NCBI RefSeq assembly: GCF_002113885.1
Contig: NW_018404512.1
Coordinates: 1,133,642 to 1,197,641 of the forward strand
DNA: 64,000 bases
Origin: Mizuhopecten yessoensis
Lineage: Eukaryota
Reading direction: 5' to 3'
This document shows, piece after piece, positions 28,109 through 40,120 of the stretch (the stretch's first letter is position 1; every line of letters starts with the position of its first letter). The translations under genes and the position numbers were made by a program. The notes beneath the pieces are model-generated. The model made no database searches. It worked only from the letters and a program-made list of their open reading frames with translations, and had not been told where the DNA came from.

Positions 28109-28877
28109 TTATCAGAGTACCACCCGAGGAAATGTTAGAGCTAAAACAAAGGCTTTTGACCCTGCTACATTCACAGAAAATCACTAGGTCTAAGTTAGAA
28201 TCCAAAATGGGGTATCTCAGTTTCTTTTGTAAAGCCGTTGTATCAGACAGAGCATTCTTACGAATGACCTATGTGACAGCAAAGTTTCATCACATTCGTA
28301 TGTCGCAGATAATGAAGGAGGATATTACCATGTAGCTGACTTTTTTGTCAGAATTTAATGGTAAAGCCTTCATCCATTCATCTGCATGGCAGGACAACGA
28401 CACACTTAGTCTTTTCACAGATAGTTCAGGTTCTGATGATTTGGGCTGGTGGGCATATTTTGCTAGCAGCTGGGTATTTTACCAATAGCCTGGAAATTGG
28501 GAAGGTAAACCAATCCTTGGTAGCCGGAGTCTCTTGGAGTTTATTCCCATATTACTTTCGCTGCTGTATTGGGGACCTCGACTGGCCAATACAAGAGTAA
28601 AGTTTCGGGTTAATAACTTAGCTTTGGTCTCAATACTTATCACTCAAACATCTCGATCCCTAGCAATCATGGTCTTGGTTAGATATTTCGCTTTGCTTAT
28701 CATGAAACACAATATCCAGTTCAAGACAGCATGTTAGGGGTGTTGACAATGACATTGCAGACTCTATTTCTCGCAAACAGTGGAAGCGACACCTGAACCT
28801 AGCACCAAGGACATCAGAGTTCCCAGCGGCGATTCCACAAGAATTTCACTCTCTGATCTTAATGCTGAGTCGACCAA

Positions 28878-29720
28878 TTGTTAGAATTACCAGTGGCCAA
28901 AACTAAAACCTTCACATATGAAACTGCTTTGCGAGAGTTTGAACGATTTTGTGCTTCGGGAAATCTAGATAATACATGGCCTCCACCTATGAACCATGTT
29001 GTTCAGTTCGTAGCTTACCTTTCACTACAAAACAAGTCCCCATCTACAGTAAGATCCTATTTATCGGGGATTGGGTTTAAATGCAACCTGTTGGGAAGTG
29101 ATGACCCAACACTTTCATTTCTTGTTAGCAAGATGGTAGAAGGTATGCGTAGATCGAATTCTCGTAAAGATTACCGTTTACCCATTTCCGTCAATCTCTT
29201 GATAGAGGATAGTGCACTCTCTCCACGTTATATGCTCATCTATATATGCAGCAAAGTTTTGCATATGTTTTAGCATTTGTTGGTTTCCTTAGGGTGGGTG
29301 AGTTGACCTTGACACACACAATGTCTGCACAACACATCGTACAGTATGGGGCCATAGCTTTGGATATTCCTGGAAATAGACCTCTTCTAAATATCCGTTA
29401 TTCCAAACTGGCCAGACTGGAAAAGGCGTAACCATAGCAATCTCCAAATTAGAAGGGAATCTTTGCCATGTTAAACACTACATGTATGTACCACATTTCG
29501 AGGTATTCGAGCGAAACACCAGGGCCCTTTACTCTGTCATTATAGGGGATCTCCATTAACCCGATAACAATTTGGGGCAGTTCTACGTAAATCCCCGAAA
29601 TATCTTGGAGTAGAGGCAAAATGTTACAAATCTCATTCTTTTATAATTGACTATGCCACTGTCCTTCCGAGGCTGGGGTCCATGGAACTGAGTTAGAAGC
29701 AATTGGTAGGAGGTCTGCCG
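28878..29720 (+). pseudogene. Tyrosine recombinase of the YR retrotransposon (frameshifted)
   Basis: Core-binding region FVAYLSLQNKSPSTVRSYLSGI; catalytic R in GFLRVGE; degenerate HSF..AT box. Confidence 0.85.
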
Positions 29721-30208
29721 CTGGTGTCCCTCCTCCGACCCACGCCTGTGTGGGGGATGTGACAGTGTGCGGCAATCTTTACTTTTGCCTCTTCAGGCAT
29801 TAATGATATCTAGGACATTTCAGGTTGTGATTTGTGGATTCAAGATATGAAATACAAGGTTGGATGATATATTGATTATGTACACTAATGGTAAATTGAA
29901 ATTGATAATGAACAAATTCATTTTTATTCAGTATATTGAATGTTTAATGATGACTGAACGTTGAATTCAGAACTAATGAATACAATGATGAATGTGTTAT
30001 GAGATCTTAAATTCTGACTGAACTGAACATTCAGAATTTATCAAAAATGTTGAATGTTATATGAGTTGTTGGGTATACTCTGTTGGCGCCCAAATATTGG
30101 AATTAAATTAGAATAAAATAAAATTCAAAGCCGTGTCCTATATTAGCCAAACGATAGGAATTATAAATAAATTATTATAGAGAAAATTCTGTTGTTTATC
30201 TTTTCATC

Positions 30209-30701
30209 AATAACAATAAATGTTTCCTTTTCATTAAAATAACAATAACATGGTTCATTGTGACTTGCATAACAATAAATTGTGTCAGTGTTTTAATATA
30301 AAATAGCATTACTGCATTCAAAGGAAAATAACAGCAAGTATCTACTGTAATAAACGGCGTCGTATCAGATGATGAGGAATGTTCTCTAGTGTTACAAGGT
30401 TACGTAGTTACTAACATGAGTTGGCAATGACAGCAGGTACTTTGGTAATGAACAATTGAAGTATTTTGTTATAATTCTATTTATAGTATATATAATTGTT
30501 TCCAGTAGATAAGAGTACGAACATTTCGCGGGATTCTCTACCTTACTTGACTTCCATTGTAATTAGAGTAGAACAAACGCATTGTTCTGAATTATAATTC
30601 TAACTGATTAGTTGGAATCACCAGTTACCTACTTCCATTGATATGTTACCTGGAACAGTTTGTCCTGCATGGAAATCTTACCAAGAACAATTAGAACACG
30701 T
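30209..30701 (+). repeat. ~490-bp direct repeat, copy 2 (right of YR retrotransposon)
   Basis: Aligns with 25545-26031 with scattered substitutions and small indels. Confidence 0.9.
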
Positions 30702-32383
30702 GTTGTACTTAACGGCCAATCATACACAACAAGGAAGTCAAGGACCGGGCACTTATCACCTGGATGTATACATATATTTCTAAGTGAATGGGATGTCAGC
30801 GATCTCTTTGTCATTAAAACAGTAAGAAATACAATCCATTGAGCAGATTTGATTGTGTCGTTCAAGAAGGACTGAATCAATTAATTCAATTGAATGTATG
30901 TTTTCGATATAGATGATATAGTGGTTGTTTCTTCTACCATTGATTTTAGCGTTATTCTTAACAACTCTTTTGTTTTGTTTAATTGTACTTAAATGCCCAG
31001 ATTGAATATGTAGGTAAGAACAAAGATTTTGTAGAACAAAAGAAGAACATACTTGTGTTGCATTTCATAGACTTGAAAGTTCCATATTTATAGATGATTA
31101 GCTATGCTAGTACAATGGCCGGTATATGCCCTTATACAGAACCTATCTACTTCACAAATTTAACATTTCATTACTTTTGCATTTTAGCGTAAACATGCTT
31201 ATTTCCGTTTATCATAATGACCCCATGGTTATGATACCTACTACAGTAAGGATGCATTCCATTAATGGATCAAGCTTCATGTGAATGCAAAACCTTGAGT
31301 TTATTATTCAGGAAGAATTTTTCTTTTTATCGAGATATCACAGGTGAAGCTATTTGAAAACTGACAATTAAGATAAATAAATGCATAGCATGGTATAAAC
31401 ATAGCATGGTATGATATTTTAATACTGAACATATAGTGAATACAATGGTTGAATATCATGATAAATTAAATTTATTTTATATTGTCTTATTCTCCGTTTC
31501 TCACTGTTGTCATTTCGCATTATGTTTTGCTTCGATTTCGTTAGGCTATGTTTTGTTGTTAATAATATTTTCTGTCGACGATGAAGATTTTTTACATCTT
31601 TTTACGGCAATTCTATTAAATATTTCGTTTCGGAATACTTTAGACATGTTCATTCTATAAATAGTTATGCAAATAAATTGAAGTAGAGTATAGCAGTTTC
31701 ATGTCTTTAACCTTATGAATGCTTTCGTCTTATTATTTCCATCATGGACAGATGACCCATGCCTTCCTACGCCGTACCAAGCTATAGACCACCCATATGT
31801 TGTCACCCCTTAACTATAAAGCGCAGTGTGATTCTAGCTTAGTGGTGAAATGGTATCGTTCAACTTCCGTCGCCGGTGTAACTTTACCCACAACTGCAAT
31901 GATTTAAATGCATGCGGAACGGGGTGTCCTTCATGGATGGACGACGGTAAAAACATTTTTTATTTAACACAAATCGAATGGGGGACATTAAATAACGTTA
32001 AAGCAAATAAAATAGCAGTAATTAACCTAACATACGAGTCCGTACACGACCAATCAGTACGGGTTTACGCCCGGCTTCAAAAGAAGGTCGGTTAAGTTAA
32101 ATAATGGAAACAGAATTAAACATATCAAATTAACTCTTTAAGTGGGACTAGATCCATATCGGATACAGGAGCATCCTTCTATTTGTCATGTAGGAGGAGT
32201 GCGATTTGGGGTTATGATGGGCGCGGTATACATGTGTATATCTATGATAAGTGTGAAAAGAAAATCAGTTATATATTTTAGGTTAACTTATTGAATTTCA
32301 GAGTTTCCAAATGATGTAGAGACAGCAGAAATAAAGATGTGTATACGTTCTATGTTTGCATCGTGCCAACTGACTTGGATTAT

Positions 32384-32811
32384 GGGCGGATTGGTCGAGT
32401 GGTTAACACTCCGGCCTTCCACGCAGGCGGCCGGGGTTCGAAAAAGAGAAAGTGTTTTTCTCCTGCCAACACAACTCCAACAACCCAGGTGAGGTATCCA
32501 TTGGTGTGGGGTGGATGTTACGGTTTCTGTGCTGTAGCATTCAAGTGAGGTGGCACTATAAAGAAGCACGGCCCCATTACAAAACAGAACACAATACATC
32601 TCCAGCACACACACAGGTATATATACACACATAGGGAGATATGAGCCAGGTGACATAGGTTTAGAGTTAGGGCCTAATAAGGCAGCTCCTGCGAATTTCT
32701 CAAAACATGTATTGATAACTGCATATGTTCATTTTATTAACTGTATAACCATGTACTCTAAAGTGCTTTAGAGTGGCTTATGTTAGTTAGATAGGGCGCT
32801 ATATTAATAAT
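32384..32811 (+). mobile_element. tRNA-derived SINE inserted within a D8C exon
   Basis: Pol III A box (tggtcgagtgg) and B box (ggttcga); central caagtgaggtggcactataaag resembles the MetaSINE core domain; L2/CR1-type tail aaagtgctttagag...gcgctatattaataat. Confidence 0.85.
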
Positions 32812-33584
32812 ATACGGATGAAAAACTGCAATACGTTTTATGTTTCCGAATTGCAGCAGGCATCGACGTGTCCATCAGCGTACATGTATTGTTTTGGTAA
32901 ATATGTATTACATATAGTATACATTGTCATATCTAAGAGTGATATAATAGTAATAATAATAGTATACAACATTTTATGGTGCCCTATTTGATTTGAAAAG
33001 TTACTCGAAGGCGATTTACAATACATGGATATTAGTATTCCTACATTGCCAGTTATATATTTAGTCGTCAAAAAGGCATACCAATCAGCAGTATACATAG
33101 AATATGATACATGTCTATCCTACGCATCCAAATAGGTTTTAATTACAACGTGTCTTTTGCATGTATCATATTTCCATTTCATAAGTTAAGTTAAAAATAA
33201 CTAGACGTAGTTTATAAGTAAATCTTCCCTGTGGTTGCGTAAAAAAGAAATGTTAAAAAAATGGTAAAATTTGAATTGTGTAAATTCGTTTGAAAAACAG
33301 ATTTCGAATAAGTAAAACTTTTTTTGTCAATATCATGCATATATTTTTGTAACAGGTACTATTTCGGTATATACTGAAATAACTGATTACTTAACAGTTG
33401 TAGATGTCGAAAAGCATTGATAATTACATATTGATTTTATCTGAATAAATCATGGTCGTTTTTTTGTCCATTGTAACGTCTTCTTTTTCTGTTAGCAGAG
33501 TACAGTTTGCTAGTTTGAAATGTCTTTCGTATAGCACCGTTTTTTCTTCTCACATAATACCGTCATAATTCGCTGCTCTAAAGA

Positions 33585-33700
33585 CCTGTTGACTGCCCAA
33601 ATTATCGCCTGCGTAATTTAATTCTCCTTGACTGCCCATATTATAGCCTGTGTAATTCAGTACCCCTTGACTGCCTTTAATACCGCCTGTGTAATTAAGC
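33585..33700. repeat. 39-bp tandem repeat, 3 copies
   Basis: ttgactgcc....at.gcctg.gtaatt x3. Confidence 0.7.
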
Positions 33701-33981
33701 GTTGTTCGTTTGGCTGTAGCATCGTCTGTCATTTGCCTACTGTAACACCCCCTATGTAATTTATTTTGAACATCTCCAGCAAGGATAGAATTATGCTCGT
33801 CATTGTTATTTGAGGGTGACAAATTTAAAGCTAATGATAGACATATGATTCCCCCCTCCCCCCCCCNTAACATGAATCATTACTTTGATTTATGTTGGAT
33901 TAAGATAATGCAAATCCATAACACCTTGCTTGGTCCGGATCTGTAACATATAGAGTTTGATACATATACGTATTCTAACCC

Positions 33982-36770
33982 TAACAGTAGATATGTACAC
34001 TAAACATTAGATATGTACACTAAACAATAGATATGTACACTTAACAGTAGATATGTACACTAAACAATAGATATGTACACTAAACAGTAGATATGTAACC
34101 AAAAAGGTAAATATGTACACTTAACAGTAAATATGTACACTAAACAGTAAATATGCACACTAAACAGTAGATGTGTACATTGAACAGTAGATATGTACAC
34201 TAAACATTAGATATGAACACTTAACAGTAGATATGTACACTAAACAGTAAATATGTACACTAAACAGTAAATATGTACACTAAACAGTAGATATGCACAC
34301 TAAACAGTAGATGTGTACATTGAACAGTAGATATGTACAATAAACATTATATATGTACGCTAAACAATAGATATGTACACTAAACAGTAAATATGTACAC
34401 TAAACAGTAAATATGTACACTAAACAGTAGATATGCACACTAAACAGTAGATGTGTACACAAAACGGTAAATATGTACACTGAACAGTAAATATGTTCAC
34501 TAAACAGTAAATATGTACACTAAATAGTAGATATGCACACTAAACAGTAGATGTGTACATTGAATAGTAGATATTTACACTAAACATTATACAAGTGTAT
34601 ATGTACGCTAAACAGTAGATACTAGATATATACATTAAACAGTATATGTATACTAAACAGTAGATATGTACACTAAACAGTGTAGATATATACACTAAAT
34701 AATAGATATCTACACTAAACAGTAGATATGTACACAAAACGGTAAATATGTTCACTAAACAGTAAATATATACACTAAACAGTAAATATGTACACAAAAC
34801 AGTAGATATGCACACTAAACAGTAGATGTGTAAATTGAACTGTAGATATGTACGCTAAACATTAGATATGTACACTTAACAGTAGATACTAGATATATAC
34901 ACTAAACAGTAGTTATATACACTAAACAGTAGATACTAGATATATACACTAAACAGTAGATGTATACACTAAATAGTAGATATGTACACTAAACAGTAGA
35001 TATATCCACTAAACAGTAGATATATACTCTTAACAGTAGATATATACACAACACAGTAGATATGTACACTAAACAGCTGATTTGTAAACTAACCAGTAGA
35101 CATGTGAACTAAACAGTAGATATGTGCACTAAACATTTTATATACACACCAAACAGTAGATATATCCACCAAACAGTAAATATAAACACCAAACAGTAGA
35201 TATGTACACTAAACAGTAGATTTGTAAACTAACCTGTAGATATGTGAACTAAACAGTAGATATGTACACTAAACAGTAGATATGTACACTAAACAGTAGA
35301 TATGTACAAAAAACAGTAGATACAAAGATGTATACACACCAACCAGTAGATATACACACCAAACAGTAGATAAATACACCAAACAGTAAAAATACACACC
35401 AAACAGTAGATATATACACCAAACAGTAGATATATACACCAAACAGTAGATATATACATCAAACAGTAGATATGTACACTAAACAGTGGATATGTACACT
35501 AAACAGTATATATGTACACTTAACAGTAGATATATACACCAAACAGTAGATATATACACCAAACAGTTAATATGTACACTAAACAGTAGATATGTACACT
35601 TAACAGTAGATATATACCCCAAACAGTAGATATATACACCAAACAGTAGATATGTACACTAAAAAGTAGATACAAGGTGTATACACACCAAGCAGTAGAT
35701 ATGCACAACAAACAGTAGATATATACACCAAACAGTATATATATACACCAAACAGTAGATATGTACACTAAACAGTAGATATGTACACTTAACAGTAGAT
35801 ATATACACCAAACAGTAGATATATACACCAAACAGTAGATATCTACACTAAACAGTAAATATGTACACTTAACAGTAGATATATACACCAAACAGTAGAT
35901 ATATACATCAAACAGTAGATATGTACACTAAACAGTAGATATGTACACTTAACAGTAGATATATACACCAAACAGTAGATATGCCAAACAGACAGTAGAT
36001 ATGTACACTTAACAGTAGATATATACACCAAACAGTAGATATACACACCAAACAGTAGATATACACACCAAACAGTAGATATATACACCAAACAGTATAT
36101 ATATACACCAAACAGTAGATATGTACACTAAACAGTAGATATACACACCAAACAGTAGATATACACACCAAACAGTAGATATATACACCAAACAGTAGAT
36201 ATATACACCAAACAGTAGATATGTACACTAAACAGTAGATAAAGGATGTATACACACCAAGCAGTAGATATACACACCAAACAGTAGATATACACACCAA
36301 ACAGTAGATATGTACACTAAACAGTAGATATGTACACTAAACAGTAGATATGTACACTTAACAGTAGATGTATACACCAAACAGTATGTATATACACCAA
36401 ACAGTAGATATGTACACTAAACAGTAGATACAGTGTTTGTACACTTAACAGTAGATATGTACACTAAACAGTAGATATGTACACTAAATAGTAGATTTGT
36501 AAACTAACAGTAGATTCGTGAACTAAACAGTAGATATACACATTAAACAGTAGATATACACACCAAACATTAGATATATATACCAAATAGTAGATATGAA
36601 CACTAAACAGTAGCTTTGTAAACTTAACAGTATATATGTGAACTTAAGAGTAGATATACACACTAAAGAGTAGATATACACACTAAACAGTAGATATATA
36701 TACACTTAACCATAGACATATACACTTAACAGCAGATATGAACAGTAGATATGTGAACTGAACAGTAACT
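33982..36770. repeat. 20-bp satellite (taaacagtagatatgtacac), ~135-140 copies
   Basis: Continuous 20-nt period; variant caaacagtagatatatacac dominates after ~35150; produces spurious VYISTV/YCL ORFs. Confidence 0.97.
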
Positions 36771-39434
36771 TGAAAGCGTGCAGCCAATACATGTAAATAA
36801 GTTTTGCAATAAAACTCATCTAACAGGAAATTGTTGGAACTAAAAAAATGCTTCCGGGTAGCTAGAAAGAATGTTTTATCGGATTTTACATTATTAAGAC
36901 CGCATGCTCTAATCTGCAGGAAAATACGGTCGGGACCTTCTCGAGTGAGAAGGGTATGCGACTGTCTTGGTATGAGCTCGGGAGCCTCTATAGCACTTCA
37001 AAATGTAATATGAAACTGAAACGACATGTGTGAAAATTGAAATGTATGAAAAGCAACATTAACTAATAGTTTACCGCATTTTTTATAAACATCTGTAGCA
37101 TTATTTCAATATAACATTTGATTTGCCACTTCATTGCCAAACGAATGAGTCAATTAAGTTTTATATTTTAATTACAGTTTGAACATAAATGATATCGCCC
37201 TATAATTGAAGACTTCCTATTACGAAAATTCTGATTTTTTGGTGAAAAAATAAATTGTGAAATTTATTGTATTGTAATACATGTAGGTGTTTGTCATAGA
37301 AAAATATCAGCGTGTGAAACGAAGCGTAACTTCGAAATAGTTTCCAGGAAGTGTTATTAACATTTGAATATATTTCTCAACCGAACGTCACAATTCATTT
37401 TTATATCTGATACAAGTCCAATTGAAATATGGAGCGTACATTGTTTGTTTGAAATCAGTTAGAATAAACGTGTACATCTATGTTACAAATTATTGTTTCT
37501 GCTAGAACGGGGTTTTATTACCAGGTCTTGACATTGGCTACAGATAATATTTGAGTCAATCAATCATATTATGTATGATCTGTACCTTACGTGGACTTGC
37601 GTACATGTACAATAAAAATGGCTGGTTTAAAACTAGTAATGATCTTCATCAGACAAAATCGGTAAGTATAGGAAACACAACGAATGCACGAAATAACATA
37701 TACAGGAATAATATCTACATGCTTTACACACGCTTAGATACTAAATACAACGATCACTTCAGCGGTCCTTGTATGGATACCATCAATAAAACAATGCAAT
37801 GTCACGATATAACACAACACCAACGCACATCAATCAGCCAGCATGCATGAATGTTTTCTTGGAGAAGTCTTAGGAGGCGGAAGGCTGTGATTTGTCGTCG
37901 TCTTTATTTTTCAGTTGTGGCTTCTAACATCTAGTTTGCAATGCTACATGTAGCAAGGTCCACAAATCCACTTTCGCTGCATTTCATCTCCAACAGTGTT
38001 TATGACATTTGTATTCATTTACCTCGTGCTGTTGTTTTGTTCCCAATCTAAACACATATCTGCTTAGGTGGCGCTGATTTTGTATACTGTTCTCTGAAGC
38101 CCGTTAACATGAGATTCCGCTCAAACACCTATTCTTGTGTCCTTGCAAAGACTCGGATGCTTACTGATTGCAATTTATGTTGACATGTTAAGTTGGCTTG
38201 CCACTCTGAACTGACGCCATCAACTCTTAGCAAACTGAATGAAATATTGCCACATGGTTCACAAAATCTTGCTTTTGTCGAATGTTACCAAGGCGTATAT
38301 GAGCCGTCGAAGCATAACACCTGTGGATAACTGGAGGCAGATCAGCCCTCTACGACAATGCCTGGAGGAGAAGATGTTTAACTAAGATATTGATAACCAT
38401 CGGTTACTCCAGTCGATGTACCCTGCCCACTGGTTAAGTGGGTTATATCACACGCATACTTTTGAGAGATCTGCTATATTTTTACAATACAAAAAGCTTC
38501 GTAGCCGTATATAGAAAACATGTAAATACACCATAGTGTCATCCAATGACAAGCTCAAATTTCGTAACAAACAAAAAACAATAAGAAGACATTGTGCACG
38601 CTATTATATTGGAGGTATATAAAGGTAAATGTATTTCGAAAAGCAAGTATTTCTACTTCACATATTAGCATCTGTCATTGTGGCTTGAGTCGAATTAAAG
38701 AAATGATGCTCGTAACCAATGATTCATGGCACGGTGGCCAGGTTTTGATGTTGGCAGACTTTGACGTTCCCGAAATATCTTGGTATTTGTAACAGTACAA
38801 CATTGTATAGCGTATCCCCTATCGCGAGAAGACGAACGGCACGTACATTATACCATCTTTAATAAAATGTCTTAGCTTTCTATATGTGTTGCTTTGGAAA
38901 CGCAACACGGTAAAAATAGTCTTGTACTACCAATCCTTATATCTTCAATTAGCTTCGTACAATTCCGAGTCATAAGCGACCTCATAAGTATACTGGGTTC
39001 TTTTTGTCCCGCCTCTCCGTCTGTTTGAACAGTTCTTCAAATTGAGGGAGTCTATTCCATCAATCAATATCAGAATTATCATCTTAGCTTCGAACAATTT
39101 CAAGTTATATAATTATTCCGCCGCTTCGCGAAGCGGTGTTATAATGTTTTTATACCAAATTTCTATCTGTATGAACAGTTGTTGCCAGATAAATCTAAAC
39201 GTAGTTCGGACAGATTTCTCAGTAAAACTTTAAACAAGTATGTTTATTTCTTCCTAAACATCCCATACTGACATATATAGGGTGAGTTGGATATTGATTG
39301 TTGATGATTGCCAGATCATGCAGAAGCTGTAAAGGGAACGAAACATTTGTGACGTACTGATATAAATTGAAATGTCTGTTTAAATAATATGTTGAGCAAG
39401 ACAACGTAGAAATCAATCATTTCCTAATGATAAT

Positions 39435-40120
39435 CCAATAATGTAACCTTTACAATTTGTGGTAAATATATAATCACTCTATTTTGTTATATAAATTGTG
39501 TTTTTAAGATCTTTGCCTGACTTACGAAGAGTTCCGGATGGGTTATAAACGATCGCGAGGTCACGTAGCAACTGTATACGAAGATAGCATGTGTGATGCT
39601 TTGGTCCGTGAGAAGTGGTACCGGTTTATCGGGGAGGCTGGTGGTGACATGACTACCGACATAGAAAGTCTGATGACGTGCAGCTCTGGTACCTACTATT
39701 CTCTCTGGATAGATGGTCAATACTTCCTGATTACTGTTCATCTTCACATACAATTTGAATATATGTTTTTATAAAGACTATCGTCAATGTCATAGTTTTA
39801 CCTTACACCATGAGGTCTTATTAAAATTTAACCAATTGTACCTGGCATTCATATAACTTTTCAATGTAATGTTTAATATTAAATGCCATTTATGTTACGA
39901 CACATAATTTATTTAATAAGGCTGGATACTGGTAATCTATCCTTTATAATACATTTGCATGTATTGGAAACTTAATGCATTATATATTTATTTTGTTTAC
40001 ATAAATCTATCAATTCGAAACAAATTCAAAGAACTGCTTTTATATATATATGCGACAAACTTCTTTAAGAATATTTCATATTAACACATTGATATAAACA
40101 CTAGATACCATTGGAATTGA
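39435..40120 (+). pseudogene. Duplicated segment carrying a copy of gene B D8C exon (39509-39715) with flanking intron
   Basis: 207-nt exon DLCLTYEEF...WYRFIGEAGGDM...LWIDG, near-identical to 50461-50667; intronic similarity runs from ~39435 (=50385) to ~40120 (=51035). Confidence 0.85.

Larger units (their letters stand above)
26032..30208 (+). mobile_element. Decayed tyrosine-recombinase retrotransposon (DIRS order, Ngaro/PAT-like)
   Basis: gag-like start at 26871; RT (KEVGLGRILGPF, KIDIKSAFR, LPMGCSVSC, HYLDDFL) ~27290-28330; RNase H (LFTDSSG, EFIPI, DNDIADSISRKQW) ~28400-28800; YR (STVRSYLSGI, AFVGFLRVGELT, IRYSK, YKSHSF) ~28880-29720; stops and frameshifts throughout. Confidence 0.9.

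Noticed and set aside
28878-29720. Phage integrase or prophage
   Set aside because: It follows gag, RT and RNase H in the DIRS-order arrangement, in animal DNA.
30913-31013. Hydrophobic stretch as a signal-peptide exon for pseudogene P
   Set aside because: In-frame stops and no clean ATG-to-donor frame.
32384-32445. tRNA gene (Gly-like)
   Set aside because: The T arm and acceptor stem are incomplete and it runs into a SINE body and tail.
33982-36770. Long minus-strand ORFs (VYISTV/YCL repeats) and a CRISPR-like look
   Set aside because: Pure 20-bp tandem satellite with no unique spacers and no cas genes; the ORFs are by-products.
37860-38450. Higher-GC stretch that might be coding or transposase-derived
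   Set aside because: No sustained frame or recognisable motif found on reading.
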